A DNA stretch of 64,000 nucleotides, taken from assembly GCF_018977255.1 (NCBI RefSeq), contig NW_024704742.1:129830001-129894000 (forward strand), given 5' to 3'. This document shows, piece after piece, positions 13,448-27,060 of the stretch (the stretch's first letter is position 1; every line of letters starts with the position of its first letter). Source of the DNA: Callorhinchus milii. Its lineage: Eukaryota. Position numbers and translations under genes: made by a program. The notes below the pieces were generated by a model that worked only from the letters and a program-made list of their open reading frames with translations, had not been told where the DNA came from and did not search any database.

Positions 13448-13863
13448 TAGATATTGCAGACATAGTTTTGGTGTTGGATGTGGAGATGCTTTACATAGGT
13501 GCCTGTGGGAATGTTGCTATGTTTACTGAATGCATGTGGGATTTGCGATGCATGTAGGACCCAATCATAGATCTATTTATGGTAGTTGTGTTGTTTGTGG
13601 AAGAGGTGGGTGGGCTACACAAACATATAAATCTGTTAGCTTTTTAAGGTGATAGTTATAACAGTGTAAAACAACAACTTGCATTTGTGTAGCACCCTTC
13701 ACATGGGGTAGATTCCCGGAGCGCTTCACAGTGGTGGAGCAATATCAGCATCACTGAGGATACAGTTACAATGTTATCTTTGGAAAAAAACTCACTTTGA
13801 AAAATGATTAACTCTGGGTTTGTATACAGTAACGTATGATTTACGGGATCAGTGTGCGAATGT

Positions 13864-13897
13864 GGGGGTGGGGCGGGGGGGGGGGGGGGGTGGGGGG
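13864..13897 (+). repeat. poly-G tract (G-quadruplex-capable)
   Basis: ggggtggggcgggggg...gtgggggg. Confidence 0.7.
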
Positions 13898-16800
13898 AAG
13901 TGATAGCATGTTTTATTCCTCACTCCATGTAGTGCTGAAAAGAGAAAATCGGTAGAGGGAGGAGGATGTGTGAGGAGCACCATCCTTCATCTATTGATAA
14001 TTTTATGAGAATCTAATCTCTGAACTATGAATGATGTATCTTTATCTCCATAAAATGTTTATGCAATTTAAACATTCAGGATTTTGCTAATTTCACAACC
14101 TATCTGGTGAAAAATGATTTATCTTTAGTAAATTGTACAAGAGATGTAAATATCACATTTTATTCATGAGGAATGTAATATACTGTACAGTAGAACCCCA
14201 TTATAATGCATTTTGTTATAACATGGGTCTGCTTCTAGGGTTGTTGGCCCTGACATCTACTTAACAACAAAAATCCAAAATGTGTACAGAAAGCCAGACA
14301 GTTCGCTTCTAATTGCTTCCTCACTTCAAAGCACCTGCTGGGTACCTGGCACAATAAAAAAAAGGGCAACTTCTGGGTCATCAAGTCACCATTGGCAATT
14401 TCCTGCTTTCTGTACCTGCATGGGGAATTATTACTCGTGTTGGATTTATTGCGATTTTATGGACCTCAACTTTCATGTTGTAATGGGGCTCCACAAATAA
14501 AGGCATGTGATTACAAAGCATTTTCTTAACACTTTGATTGTGACATGTAATTTCACTGAATTTACCCATCTGTCTTTCTGACCTTGCCTATATGCTCAAC
14601 GAAATCCAACATTGTTTCAAAACCATGGAGTCTAACTAAAACTTGAAACTGATGTTTTATGTGACAAATGTTACTCATTTAATAAACTGTGGCATGTTTC
14701 TTGTGGCCTAATTACTTTTTTTTTACTAATCGTTTAAACTGTAGCACAGTTCCCAATGATTCAATCTTATCCCCATTAGATCAAAGTCCTCAGTTAGTCA
14801 AATTGTTCATCTTAAACTACAACAGAATTCTCTTTCCTGAACAGACTTAAGATTGAATGCAATGTTAGTTGCCAATACTTAACATCACAAGAGATTTAAT
14901 GAGTAAGCCAATCCCAATTACTGTGAAACATATCTCAAAAAATATACATAGGTCACAGAAATGATCGACTATGCACTGGTACTTGTGGACTGGCTGAAGA
15001 TGTTCTTTCATGTTTGAGACCTGGATTCAAATGCAGCCCAGTCTAATGAATCAAGACTCTGCTGCCTCTGCTGGGTGTAACATTCAATGTGGAGACCTGT
15101 AGCATATTGGTTAGAGCACTCGCCTCACTAGCGAGAGCATCCGTGCAACAACACCTGGTGGTGATCAACCACTTGGAGACTTCTGAACCAGATGTTCAAA
15201 GTGTGAAAAAAGTTCAATTTCCTAACATTGCCATCAGCCCGTTCAGCACAAAAATCTATCTCAAAGAATAAGTAAAAAAATTACAATTATTTTTGACTAT
15301 ATTTTGGACATGTTCAAGCATCATAATAGGTTTCATAGAGTAAAACTGTGATTGTTGCTTTATTTACTCATCTTCAACAGAGTGATCAGTGACAACAAAA
15401 ATTTACAATTGTATAGGGCCCGTCATGTCGGAAAGATATTCCAGTGCGCTGGAAATTTAGAAGATTAGCAGCATTTTCTTTTAAAAATAGGCTCACCTTC
15501 AATTTACTGACACAAGAGGGCAAAATTCTAGCAGGTTAAGCTTCAAGGGTCATGCTCGCTGACAGCCATCGGATTGTAATTGTATTGAACTATGTACTAC
15601 GTACTAGATTCTGCCTTCCAAAGTTCAAGAACTTACCAGCAAGGGACTAGCTTCCATATTACAAAATATTGTGAGCAGCTATCCTAACTTCCTGCTGAGC
15701 AGAAAGACATTCACCCCATTTCTGAACAACAGCAACAACGATTTGCAATTATACAGCACTTAATACATTCATACCTTCATACAGGTAGCGTCTCGGAGCA
15801 CTTAACTGCAGTGTGGTTTGATTTTTGAGTGTCATGGACCGTGAGTCAATAATAATAATAATAATCCTTGCATTTGATCTAGCGCCTTATCACATCTTCG
15901 AGATGTCGCAAAGCGCTTCACAGAATATACTGTAGAGTGAATTGACTGTGTATTTTGAGAGCATTACAAGTTAACACATTTCCCCATGCGAGAATGGGGT
16001 CAGAGTTTATAGACCAATGTATAGTCTGAGATTCCTAAAATATTCTATCGGCCAAAAATAGATTCCAATTTCTAGTTTCTGCCCCCACCCTTTGAACTCC
16101 TTCCCACAATCCCTTCACCTTGCTCCTACCCTTGCCCCCTTCAAGGCGCATCTCAAGACTCTCCTCTTCAACCCTTACAAATGATCATATATAACATTAT
16201 GCCTGATGCCCATGTAAGTAAATTGAGGCAGCAATGTGCACTAACTACTGAACTACAGTTTATCCTGTGAAGTACTTTGATATGTCTGGACCACATTATG
16301 AGGCGCTATGTCAAATTGAAGCATCATTATATTATAACTGCCCCACCAACTTGTGATTGTTGGTACAGATTCTGACTACATTATTATAACCGGTAGATTT
16401 TTTCCACAATTTTTTCAAGAGCGCTGATTTCATTCAATGTCAATTCTGCATATGCTGAAACACAGATCATAGTGAATGATTGGGTGATGCCTAAAATAGA
16501 TTGAACCAACTCGATTCCACTCCAAAAAAGGGTAGATTTAATTGCTGGGCACTTAATTTTTCCCATGTAGTGGATGATACCAACTGACGGAAGTTTGACC
16601 TAAACTTAAATTTGAACTCCGAACCCAGGTCAAAACTGGGTGGAGAATTCATCAACAAGAGGTGAAAAGCGTACATCAAATGCAAGGATTATTATTATTA
16701 TTATTATGTGTTATAATTAAAAAATAATTGGCAACTTGAGAGCAGCATTTGAGTGCTGATTCCTGGGCCATCAACCTAACTCAGCTTATATCCTGTGAGC

Positions 16801-18676
16801 CTGCAATAAACTGCAGTTCTGTGTCCAACACTGCAATGGTGACTTGGTTTCAATCATCATACCAACTGCCAGACTGCAATTTGAAACAATATGGAAAATA
16901 TAACTTCACTGATCATAATTTTCATTCCACATACAGAACTAATAGGTAAGGCACATTTATTGCATTGGGGATTATTTTGCTGACTGCTGTGAAATTATTA
17001 AAAATTTAAATTGAACAAATCAAGTGTCAGATACTCTGTAGCCAGATACTTACTAACTGTAGTGGAGCTACAGACACTTTTGAATCTGGATTGTACATAT
17101 CATCATGCAATGAGACAGCATGCAAATGCAATGTGAAATAATCAACAATATTCTCCATAAAACAACAACTCCTGTGAATGTTCAAAATCCAGAAGAGTGT
17201 TGAATTGTAATCGAGGATCCAATGAAACTTTTAGCTGCACCTTACTCATATTGAAGAAAACATCAAGACTCCGGTTCAAGAAGGATCCAAAATAAATGTT
17301 TGAATAATTTGTTTTCCAGAGGGTGTGCAGTCACAAAAATAAAACTTATACTTTAATTACAAAGTGCTACATACTACAGATAAATGTTATATATACTGAC
17401 AGTTCCATTTCATAAGATCATAAAAGACATCTGGATGAAGACCTTTCAGCTCATTTGGCCTCAACAACTTCCCATTACAGAATCGTACATAGGTCAAGCC
17501 AACTGGCCTCAGTCACTCTTCATGGTAATCAGTTCAATCTCTCATTTATCCTCTGTCAAAAAGGAATGATATAGTGTATGTCCTGCAACCATCCTTCCGT
17601 TGAATTTATATAGAACTATAAAATTGAAAACTTGGTATCAAAAAGGAATACGAATTTTAGCTTCTATGTAGATCAATTTTGTGAGAAATATTATGAAACA
17701 CTTTACCGTCACAAAACAAGTTATCCAGAGATCTACTGACTTGAATTTGCATTACACTACCTGTATGTTGAGACTACTAGAAGCTTAGTACTCCCTCTCC
17801 ATGGCTAACCACTACCACTTACCCAAGAAATTAAATAATCAAAGTTTAAATATGTCGAGAGAGTTTTCACAATTTCGATTTTTTACTTGATCTTTACTCA
17901 GAATCCAAGGTAGGTCTTGGGACATCCTCCTGACGTGAAAGGCGCTATACAAATGTAATTTTGTTGTTGTTGTTGTTGTAGGTTGGGGAAGGAGGAGAAA
18001 CTTATGTAGATCTATGGAGAGGTGTGAACTTCCCATGAGCATGCGGGGAAGGGGAGAGAATCAAATTATAGCCATCATCTTTGTATCAGCCACACTTATT
18101 CTTAGCTGCACCGTACAGCCATATACGATTTTGTCTTAAGCAAGTTATAAGCATTTAATAACCATTCTTTATTATTTGTGGCTCATGATAATGTCAAAAT
18201 ATGATTTTATGGGGAAACCAATAAAACCCTAATACGTGTCAGTTTCAGGTCGTGAATATCACCTGGCTTACTATCCATTGCATAAACATGATGTAAAGAA
18301 TAATATTTTCCTGGTTGTAATAAGACATGTATTTCTATTTTTAAAAAATACAATAATGTTAGTTCTAGGCTACTGCAAAAACTAAATCAATCATGGCATA
18401 AAGCTCTGTAATTGCAAATGTTTCCATTCATTATAAAGTTCTTTTGCACATAAGCACTCCCTTAAGAATTAAGTAGACCTGTGCTGAATTATTATCTTCT
18501 ATTTACAACTGTTCCTTGTAATGCTTAGTGGCATGATATTGCTTCATTCATCTTCACACTTGAAATAAGTTCCACTCTTGTTGTCCAGCACTGTGTAGTT
18601 CCTGATGGGACGTCATCCCACAGCAGTGATTGTTGTGAATTTCTTTTCTATCAGGAGACAGTCCATAACAACAATG

Positions 18677-18693
18677 CTATTGGAGTTTCTTAC
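18677..18693 (-). CDS. APH1: probable APH1 terminal exon 7, coding part (RKKLQ*)
   Basis: Perfect branch point TACTAAC (18714-18720), then tcctttgctttag|GT AAG AAA CTC CAA TAG. Phase matches exon 6. A minus-strand AATAAA lies at 18168-18173. No protein homology support. Confidence 0.5.
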
Positions 18694-18837
18694 CTAAAGC
18701 AAAGGAGTCAATCGTTAGTACATTCTTAACTTCGTACTCATTATTCTAACTTTTCTTAATGCCTTATTCCAAACCTTCTTTATCCAATTCTTTTTAAATG
18801 TCCGAAATGACCCTGCTCTAACAGAACCAGAACCGAG

Positions 18838-19053
18838 CCTTCAGCTCCCCTCTCGACTCTCTTCCCCCTTCTCGCTCCCTCCCATCCCTCCCCTCACCCT
18901 GACCATTTCCCCCCTCCTCGCTCCCTCCCCTCCCCTCACCCTGACCATTTCACCCCTGCTCGGGTCATGACCCAACTGTGCAGCGCCTTGGGACGTCCTC
19001 CTGACGTGAAAGGCGCTTTATAAATGGAATCTTGTTGTTGTTGTTGTTGTTGT
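18838..19053 (+). mobile_element. L2 LINE 3'UTR fragment
   Basis: C-rich 3'UTR, stem-loop and (gtt)n tail; same subfamily as 37505-38255 and 47850-48078. Confidence 0.85.
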
Positions 19054-19179
19054 GCAAATTATTCCGTACCTTGGCAATACAGCAACAACAAAATTACATT
19101 TGTAAAGTGCTCTTCACGTTAGGAAGACATCCCAAGGCGCTGGACAGAGTTATGGAACCGAGCCAATTGCTCACAGCAA

Positions 19180-20680
19180 TATAGGTTAATCATAACCTCC
19201 CGACTCTTGTTCTCTATGCCCCTATTTATAAAGCCTAGTATCCCATGTGCCTTTTTTACAGCTTTATCTACCTGTCCTGCCACCTTCAAGGATTTATTAA
19301 CCTGAACCCCCAGGTCTCTCTGTTCCTTCACCCCCCTTAAGATTGTATTACCTAGCTTATACTGCCTCCTCTCATTCTTTCTTCCAAAATGCATTACGTC
19401 ATATTTCTCCACATTGAAATTAATCTGCCATGTGTCTGACCATTTTACCATACTGTCTATGTCTTCCTGCAGTTGGCTACTATTCTTCTCACTGTTTACT
19501 ACCCTACCTAACTTTGTGTCGTCCGCAAACTTGGAAACGGTATACCCAAGTCCAGATCATTTATATATGTTAAGAAGAGCAGTGGTCCCAACACCAATCC
19601 CTGGTGGACGTCACTGTACACTTCCCTCCAGTTAGAAAAGCAGCCGTTCACTACAACTCTCTGCTTTCTGTCTCCCAGCCAGTTCTGGATCTATGCTGCC
19701 ACTGTCCATTTTATACCATGGGCTTCTATTTTTCTTACAAGTCTTTTATGTGGCACTTTGTCAAATGCCTTTTGAAAGTCCATATAAACTACATCAACTG
19801 CATTACCTTCATCCACCTTTTCTATTACCTCATCAAAAAATTCTACTAGATTTGTTAGGCAAGATTTGCCTTTAACAAATCTGTGCTGGCTGTCCCTAAT
19901 TAACCCATATTTTTCTGAGTGAAGATTTATTCTATCCAGGAGTTTCCCCACTACTGATGTTAGGCTGACTGGCCTGTAGTTCCCAAGTTTGTCCTTCTGT
20001 CCCTTTTTGTACAGGGGAGTCACATTGGCCACTCTCCAGTCCTGTGGCACCACTCCTGTGTCCAACAAAGATTGAAAAATTGTAGCCAAGGCCTCCACTA
20101 TTTGTACCCGTGCCTCCCATAGTAACCTTGGTTGCATTCCGTCCGGATCGGGCGACTTATCTACCTTGAGCCCAGTCAACTTTTTCAGTACTTCCTCTCT
20201 GTTTATACTTATCCTATCCATTTCCTCTACCCTCTCCTCCGATACTGCGGCATTTGGTGCATCCACTTCTTTTGTGAAGACAGATGCAAAGTATTCATTC
20301 AGTACATCAGCCATGCCCTCTGTCTCCACAATAAGATTTCTGCCTTGGTCCTTAATTGGCCCCACCCTACCTTTGACTAACCTTTTTGTTCTTGATGTTT
20401 GTAAAATATTTTCGGATAACCTTTAATGTTAACCACTAACCTTTTTGTGTATAATCTTTTTGCCCCTCTTATTTCCTTTTTAAGTTCTCTTCTGTACTTC
20501 CTATATCCTATTTGGTTGTTTTCTGTATCTTGGGCTTGACATTTGTCATACGCCTCCCTTTTCTGCTTCATTCTAGATACAATTACCTTTGTCATCCAGG
20601 GAGGTTTGGATGCCCTACTTTTCCCTTTTCTGGGAATGTATTTGTTCTGTCCCCGAGCTATCTCATCCTTGAAGGGTTCT
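19180..20680 (-). mobile_element. CR1 LINE ORF2 fragment (reverse transcriptase, disrupted)
   Basis: DWRVANVTPLYKKG..NYRPVSLTSVVGK..SCLTNL..DVVYMDFQKAFDKVPH; WQINFNVEK..EQRDLGV; contains frameshifts. Confidence 0.95.
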
Positions 20681-21170
20681 TACTTACTGCTAAGTAGACA
20701 GAGGCGAATGGAGTAAGGAAACTTGCCCAACTTTTCGCCCTGCCCAGGAATCGATCGCAGGTCCTCCAGCCTGTGAGGCAAGCACTCTAACCACTGAGCT
20801 ACAGGACTCCACGAGTAACTCCCATAGTAACAATCTTGGAACTCCTGCTCTTGAATGCATTATCAGTGAAAAGAGTTTCTCACAATCAATTCCCTCGTAT
20901 CTATTCATTATGTTGAAACACCTCCACCCTATCAACAACCTTCTCTGCTCCAACAGGAAGGCTCCAAACACATCGGCAGAAACTAGTGTCTCTAACCCAA
21001 CCTTTTAGCCAGTGAAGGTGCATAGAATAGATAACTTTAGAAGGTGGGAAAAAGTAGAAATAATTTGAAATCAAAAGGAAACAGAAAAGTTGTTATAAGA
21101 ATTTTTCTGGCATCTGTAGGTTTTTTTCCTTTATATTATTCAAACTATCGATATAGATATAAAGACTTAC

Positions 21171-21294
21171 GTGTGAAGAAATGCTGAAGATTTTCAAATG
21201 ATCCCCCTGATGTGAAGTAAGCCCAGGCTGCCATGACAACCATAATCACATACGCTGGAATAAGGCTTACCTCGTAAAATGGATTCAGAAATGT
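21171..21294 (-). CDS. APH1: APH1 exon 6 (124 nt)
   Basis: ttctacccccag|ACATTTCTG...TTCACAC|gtaagt; TFLNPFYEVSLIPAYVIMVVMAAWAYFTSGGSFENLQHFFT; read-through reaches a stop at 21145 (RKSLYLYR*). Confidence 0.93.
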
Positions 21295-22788
21295 CTGGGG
21301 GTAGAAATGAAAAATATACTGTATTTTTACCAATATACCGAGTTTGAACAGCAATATAAAGCAAACATACATAACAGAAATTAAACAAGCATAACGCACA
21401 CTGAACCCTCTCGGCAGCTTAAACAAATGTTTCACTGATGGCTTGATGGACGAATCCCTGTCGGGTATGGAGCCATAGAGAGTAGCAAGATTGCACAGAG
21501 CTGAAATTCCAGCTTCTATTACGTGCCGCAACTTTAGCTATCTGTGATTATAATGGGGAAAGTCTTCAATGACTTGACATTGTAAATGCTGCTCTGCAAA
21601 TTCCTGTTCAAAATTTCATCCAATAGTTTTCAGCTTTTTCTTTTTTTCGAATTTTTTAAATCTATATACATATATTTGTATTATATTTATCTGTTCTGTG
21701 TGCCAGTCTTCCACTGGAGTGGCAGTAGAAGTGTTAACATCTGCTTCACTGTAGGTGATAGGGAAAAACATACACCAGCCAGAATACCCGCTGTAACTCA
21801 CTGACTCCTGCTGGTATCTATGAAGACAAGTTCTGACTCAGCCAGGATTTTTTTCCCCATTCCCCATATGGTTAAAAAGCCCTGTCAACATTCACTGTCC
21901 AGGCACACACGTGAAGAACAGTGATTTGGGCAAGATATCAGACAACTGCCAGTACCTGAGTTATTGCCCCAGCACAAGTTATTGCTTTAAGGAGGGGCAG
22001 AAAAGGAAGATAATAAAAGGTTCGGTTTATTGTTCACTTCTGACTAAAATATTCCCCTCTCTCATTGCTGCTGAAATTTTGGGGAGAAAAGATTGCAACA
22101 AGTTACTGAACGGACAAGTCTGTTGACGTATCCTTAGGTTAGCTACTACACCCAGAGGCGTCAGGTGAAAATATTTTGGGGTATAAATGTTGACCACAGG
22201 CTCCCGATTTCCAGGGACAGGCCCCAGATGAGGTATTGTGTCCATGGAGCCAAATTTGCCCTGTCTTGAGTTCAGCAACAAACTGAGCAACTACAATAAC
22301 ATTCTAAAACAGATACACTCCTCAGAGAAACTCAGCCACTAATCCAACAAGCTTCTCCAGTACTGCCAACGTCAGCAAATGTGGTGATTTCAAGTTTTTC
22401 ATAAATTTGTCCCCGGATTTGTTTTACAAAATGTAGTCACCCTACAAGGGGGGGTGCTGAGTAAAACTCAGTTAAAGGGTCAGTCCCCTTTAAGGCAAGC
22501 AGGTTGACAGCAATGCTTTACTTCTCTAATGAGGCACAGGAGATTTCATCTAATAAACCACGGAAATTTGCTCTTTCCCTGTATTCTTATTGCACAGGAA
22601 AATTTTGCATTTTCTTCGCAACAATAAAAATCAATTCTTCAAAGGTACTGTGATAAATATTTACCCTAATATTATTGCACGAGGCATCTATTCCACAAAA
22701 TTAAAGTTGAAACCATGAACATACTACAGGAGGAAGTGACAACATCAATGTGTAAAATGTTCAAAATAGAACAAAGCGGAAATCTCAC

Positions 22789-22916
22789 CAGTCCTGAGAC
22801 CAGGAAGTGTGTTGCAATGACTGCCATGATAGCCCACCACCGCTTATTCTCAAATCCATCAAAGAATATTACGCTCCAGAACGTATGCAGGAGAATGATG
22901 GCCATCGTCATAAAAG
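22789..22916 (-). CDS. APH1: APH1 exon 5 (128 nt)
   Basis: ttctttttgcag|CTTTTATG...GGACTG|gtgaga; AFMTMAIILLHTFWSVIFFDGFENKRWWAIMAVIATHFLVSGL. Confidence 0.95.
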
Positions 22917-23016
22917 CTGCAAAAAGAAAATACTATAGTATTTATTCAACCGTCAAGATTCCACGCCACCGGGATATTCACTGAAGCAAACGTGGGTGTT
23001 TGGATCCAATGATGGT

Positions 23017-23360
23017 AATAATAATCCTTGCATTTGATATAGCTTTATCACGTCATTGAGATGTCTTAAAGCACTTCACAGAATATATTGTAAAGTGGAT
23101 TTGACTGTATATTGTGGGTGAAACAGCAACCAATTCCGCAAAGCAATATCCTACAAATATCGTGGATTGAGTGACCACATTTTTTTAAGCTATTATTAAC
23201 TGTGGAAAGGGATCCGCCAATCAACTAACAACAGGGTTCCTACTTTTGATGGAGTAAGGAACCTTGCGTGTGAAGTAAACTTGCCTCAGGTTTTGCTCCA
23301 TCCAGGAATCGAACCTGGGTCCTCTCACTTGCGAGGCAAGTGTTCTAACACTATGCTACA
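23017..23360 (-). mobile_element. tRNA-derived SINE (older, longer subfamily)
   Basis: Tail, body and tRNA head in reverse orientation. Confidence 0.75.
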
Positions 23361-25114
23361 AACATGATAAACTGCAGGTCTATGGAAGTGGACAGAATTA
23401 TTTCATACCTTGTATGAAATAGTATTAAATTGGTGTTTAGTACTAAATTGTTAGAACTTTACAACTTTCCTAGCTCTGGACTCCTCAGGCTCTCAGGGTA
23501 AATGGTATCACCCATACAAGAGAAGTAATAGTTTGACAAAAGAAACCAACCAATTTAAGAAAAAAAGACATTATTGAAAACAGCATGTTTATTTCAGGTT
23601 ACCTGGAATATCCATCAGTCGTGCTTTTGTGAGTATACTTCAATGGTAGATTCTAAACATTTCCTTAACTATTTATAAATGGGGGAAAATCCTTTAAAAA
23701 AATCATTCAGTCAATGTGCAATGTAGCCCCGCAGTGCACTCATTTAATCAGGATGAAATGTTTAAAACAGAGCCTTGTTCATTTTTTATATAACTTTTTA
23801 TTTTATAAAATAATTAGTGGAAAAATTCACTGCTGTGAATTATACTGGAGTTCAATGTGTTTTTTCCTGGTTTCATTTGGCAAACATAGCAAATTATTTG
23901 GCTGACTCACAAGTACTGAACTTGAGTTTTAACAGTAAAGCATTATCTACCAGTTGGGGGTGTCAGCTATTTTAAATACTATACACATCAAGCTGAGAAA
24001 ACTATTTAAATATCAGCAGGTCTTCTGTGTGGTACAGAGCAGAACTGAACATACAAAATTACAGCACGTTCAATCCATCCGTCAAATGTTGATTCTCGAG
24101 CATTTCAAGAGCAACACTTCAACCACTGTGTCCTCATGGGAGATTCTGTCCCTCAACTCATGACATTGAACAGTATTAATCCTCATCTGCTATACCATGT
24201 TTGCTAAAGATCATGTTAGGTTGTTTAAATTTGAGTTGGCATATCAAATACAAGAAGCCCCACAAATATAGACCGCCCAACAAATTAAAAAAACAGCCAT
24301 TTATCAGCAATAAATTTGTGACCGCCATCTTATTTGGAAAAATCTGAAGGGAGTACTCCAGTGAAGTTAAAACATTACGACACAAAGCCCAGCCATTAAA
24401 CATTTAAAGTTTGCAGTTTTCCTTGATGTGGTAATTGTTGCCAACTGCTCGTTTAATACTTTTCTTCTGTATTTTATGTAAAATGTCAGAAATCAAGGAA
24501 TTCTAATTTTCTTGCAGCATAGTTGCAAACCAGTTGCAGACTTTTGTTAATCATTGATTAAGCCTCAAGATTACTTCATTAAACACAATATGTTAAAATT
24601 TGCAGTTTCATATCATTTGTACAAAACAGCTCATCAATATCAAAAGACAGCTATCATCTTCCTAAATCATATCATCAGCAAAACCACATCCACTTTTGAA
24701 CTTCTTACTGCGTAAAACAAAAATGTTTGGACTCGTGGGTAAGAGGGCTAACAATTGAGCCATTCTGCCAGTGAATAGACACAACACAGCAGCCACTACA
24801 AATGCTTGTACTTATAAAGGAATCAATGTAATGCTACATGATAAAATGACACAAAGAAAAAAACCACTAAGCCAGAAAGAAGTCTCTACAAGTGGAATCG
24901 GGGAATCTCACTTTCACTTTACACATGAAAATAAATGAATCTGAAAGCTCCCAAGAAGAAGAAAGGTTTGCCTGGTGACTCAGTCTTCCAATAAGCAAAC
25001 CCTACTGTCGTCCCATTACAGCATCAAGTGTTTTCCTAATTGGAAGGCTGGAATGTCAAAACCTGAAACAAAAGTTCTCAAAAGACTGTTTTTAGATGCA
25101 TGATTTGTATACTC

Positions 25115-26621
25115 GTGGAATCCTGTAGCTTGTTGTTTAGAGCACTCGCCTCGCAAGCAAAAGGACCTGGGTTCGATTCCCAGCAGGGCGAAACTTTGGG
25201 CAAGTTTCCTTACTCCACATGCCTCTGTTCACCTACCGGTTGTTAGTCAATTTCAGATCACCTTTCTGGGGGTAATAATTCCTCCAAGAAAATAAAATAA
25301 AAATATAATTTGGTCAATCAATCCACGATTGTTTGTGGGACTGCTGTGCACAATTGGCTGCCATGTTTCTCCCACAAAAAAATATACAATCAATTCACTT
25401 TACAGTATATTCTGTGAAGCGCTTTGAGACGTCTCATAGACGTCTCAAAGACTCAAAGTTCGAGTCCTACCTCACAAACCACCAGCAGTACAACTGGACA
25501 AACGGCTTCTCCTCCCACTCTCACCCAGTCACCTGCAGGGTACCCCAAGGATCCATCCTTGGCCCCTTCCGCTTTCTGATCTACATGCTCCCTCTTGGGG
25601 ATGTCATCTGCAGACATGGGGTACATTTCCACACGTATCCAGATGTCACCCAACTCTATTTTTCCACCCGTCTTTGCGACCCGCAGTCCCCTGATGTTCT
25701 GTCAGCCTGCCTGTCAGATCTCAGGGGCTGGATGAGCGCAAACTTCCTCCAGCTGAACGTTAACAAGAGGAAGCCATACTCTTTGGCTCTCGTCAACGTC
25801 TAAAATCTCACGGCTTTCACCTCCTCCACCTACCCGACCTCCCCCTAAAACTCTCCGAACCCATACGCAACCTAGGCATCAGGTTCAACCCCCAATTATC
25901 CTTCCTCCCCCACATCCGGTCCCTCACCAGCACCACCTCCGACGCATCACCCGTCTCTGCCAATACCTCTCCCAAAAAGCCGATGAAACACTGGTCCATG
26001 CCTTTGTCACCTCTCGGCTGGACTACTCTAACGCCATCCTCACCGGTCTCCCATCCACTAGCATCCATAAAATCAAAATCATTCAAAACTCTGCCGCCCT
26101 CATTCTCACCCGCACAAAACTCCGCTCCCCGATTACCCCAGTCCTTGCCAGACTGCACCGGATGCCTATCCCAGAGAGGATCGACTTCAAGATCCTCACC
26201 TTTGTATTCAAGTCCCTGCACTCCTCTGCACCCCCCTACCTCTCTGACCTCCTCTCTCCTCAAAACAGTACCCGTTGCCTCCATTCCTCCGGGTCTGGCC
26301 TCCTCCTCTTCTCCCAAGTCCTCCGCTCCATCCTCGGCGGCTGTGTCTTCAGCCACTATACCCTGAGGCTCTGGAACTGCCTTCCTCACTCCCTTCACCT
26401 CGCTCCCTCCCTTCCCATTTTCAGGTCTCTGCTGAAGACCTTTCTTTTTGACCGTGCCTTTGGTCACCTTCCTCCCCCCGGTTCGGTCCCGGGATCCGTT
26501 ACTGTAAAGCGCTCTGAAACGCCGTCCGGCGTGGAGGGCCCTATATAAATCCAGGTTGTTGTTGTTGTTGTTGTTGTTGTGATAAGGCACTATATCAAAT
26601 GCAAGGATTATTATTATTATT
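25115..26621 (+). mobile_element. tRNA-derived SINE split by an L2 insertion (L2 at about 25455-26580)
   Basis: SINE head at 25115. L2 RT motifs VPQGSILGP..FLIYMLPLG..YPDVTQLY, C-terminus and (gtt)n follow. The SINE tail resumes at gataaggcactatatcaaatgcaagg. Confidence 0.9.
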
Positions 26622-26783
26622 CTCAAGCTTTCTTGGATTTAAGCAAGAAACAAGAGAATTATGAAAGTAGTTTATTTCTGAAATAATAATAATAATAATC
26701 CTTGCATTTAATATAGTGGTTTTCACATCTTCTAGAAATGTTAGAAAAAAACACAAGGTGGTTTCAGTAGCTATGATATTTAC

Positions 26784-26906
26784 CTGACGTGAGGAAATAA
26801 TACTGAGAATCATGAAAGATGCCCACGGTCCCTGGTCCTGCTGAATCTGCAAGGATGTTGACAACTGAGAAAGCTCCACTCATGATTCCAAATCCCAGTC
26901 CTCCCA
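26784..26906 (-). CDS. APH1: APH1 exon 4 (123 nt)
   Basis: ttttttttcag|TGGGAGG...ACGTCAG|gtaaat; VGGLGFGIMSGAFSVVNILADSAGPGTVGIFHDSQYYFLTS. Confidence 0.95.
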
Positions 26907-27060
26907 CTGAAAAAAAAATGAAATGTTGTAAATGTAATCTTAATTCTAAAATGTAGCTTGTCATTCATTAAAAGAAATGTATGGGGCTGCAATTCAGATT
27001 CTCCTAAATAATAATAATAAACCTTGCATTTGATATAGCACCTTATCACATCTTCGAGAC

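Noticed and set aside
21850..22610. Short palindromes (ctgagtaaaactcag, ttaaagggtcagtcccctttaa) suggesting an old MITE in APH1 intron 5
   Set aside because: I could not define TIRs or TSDs.
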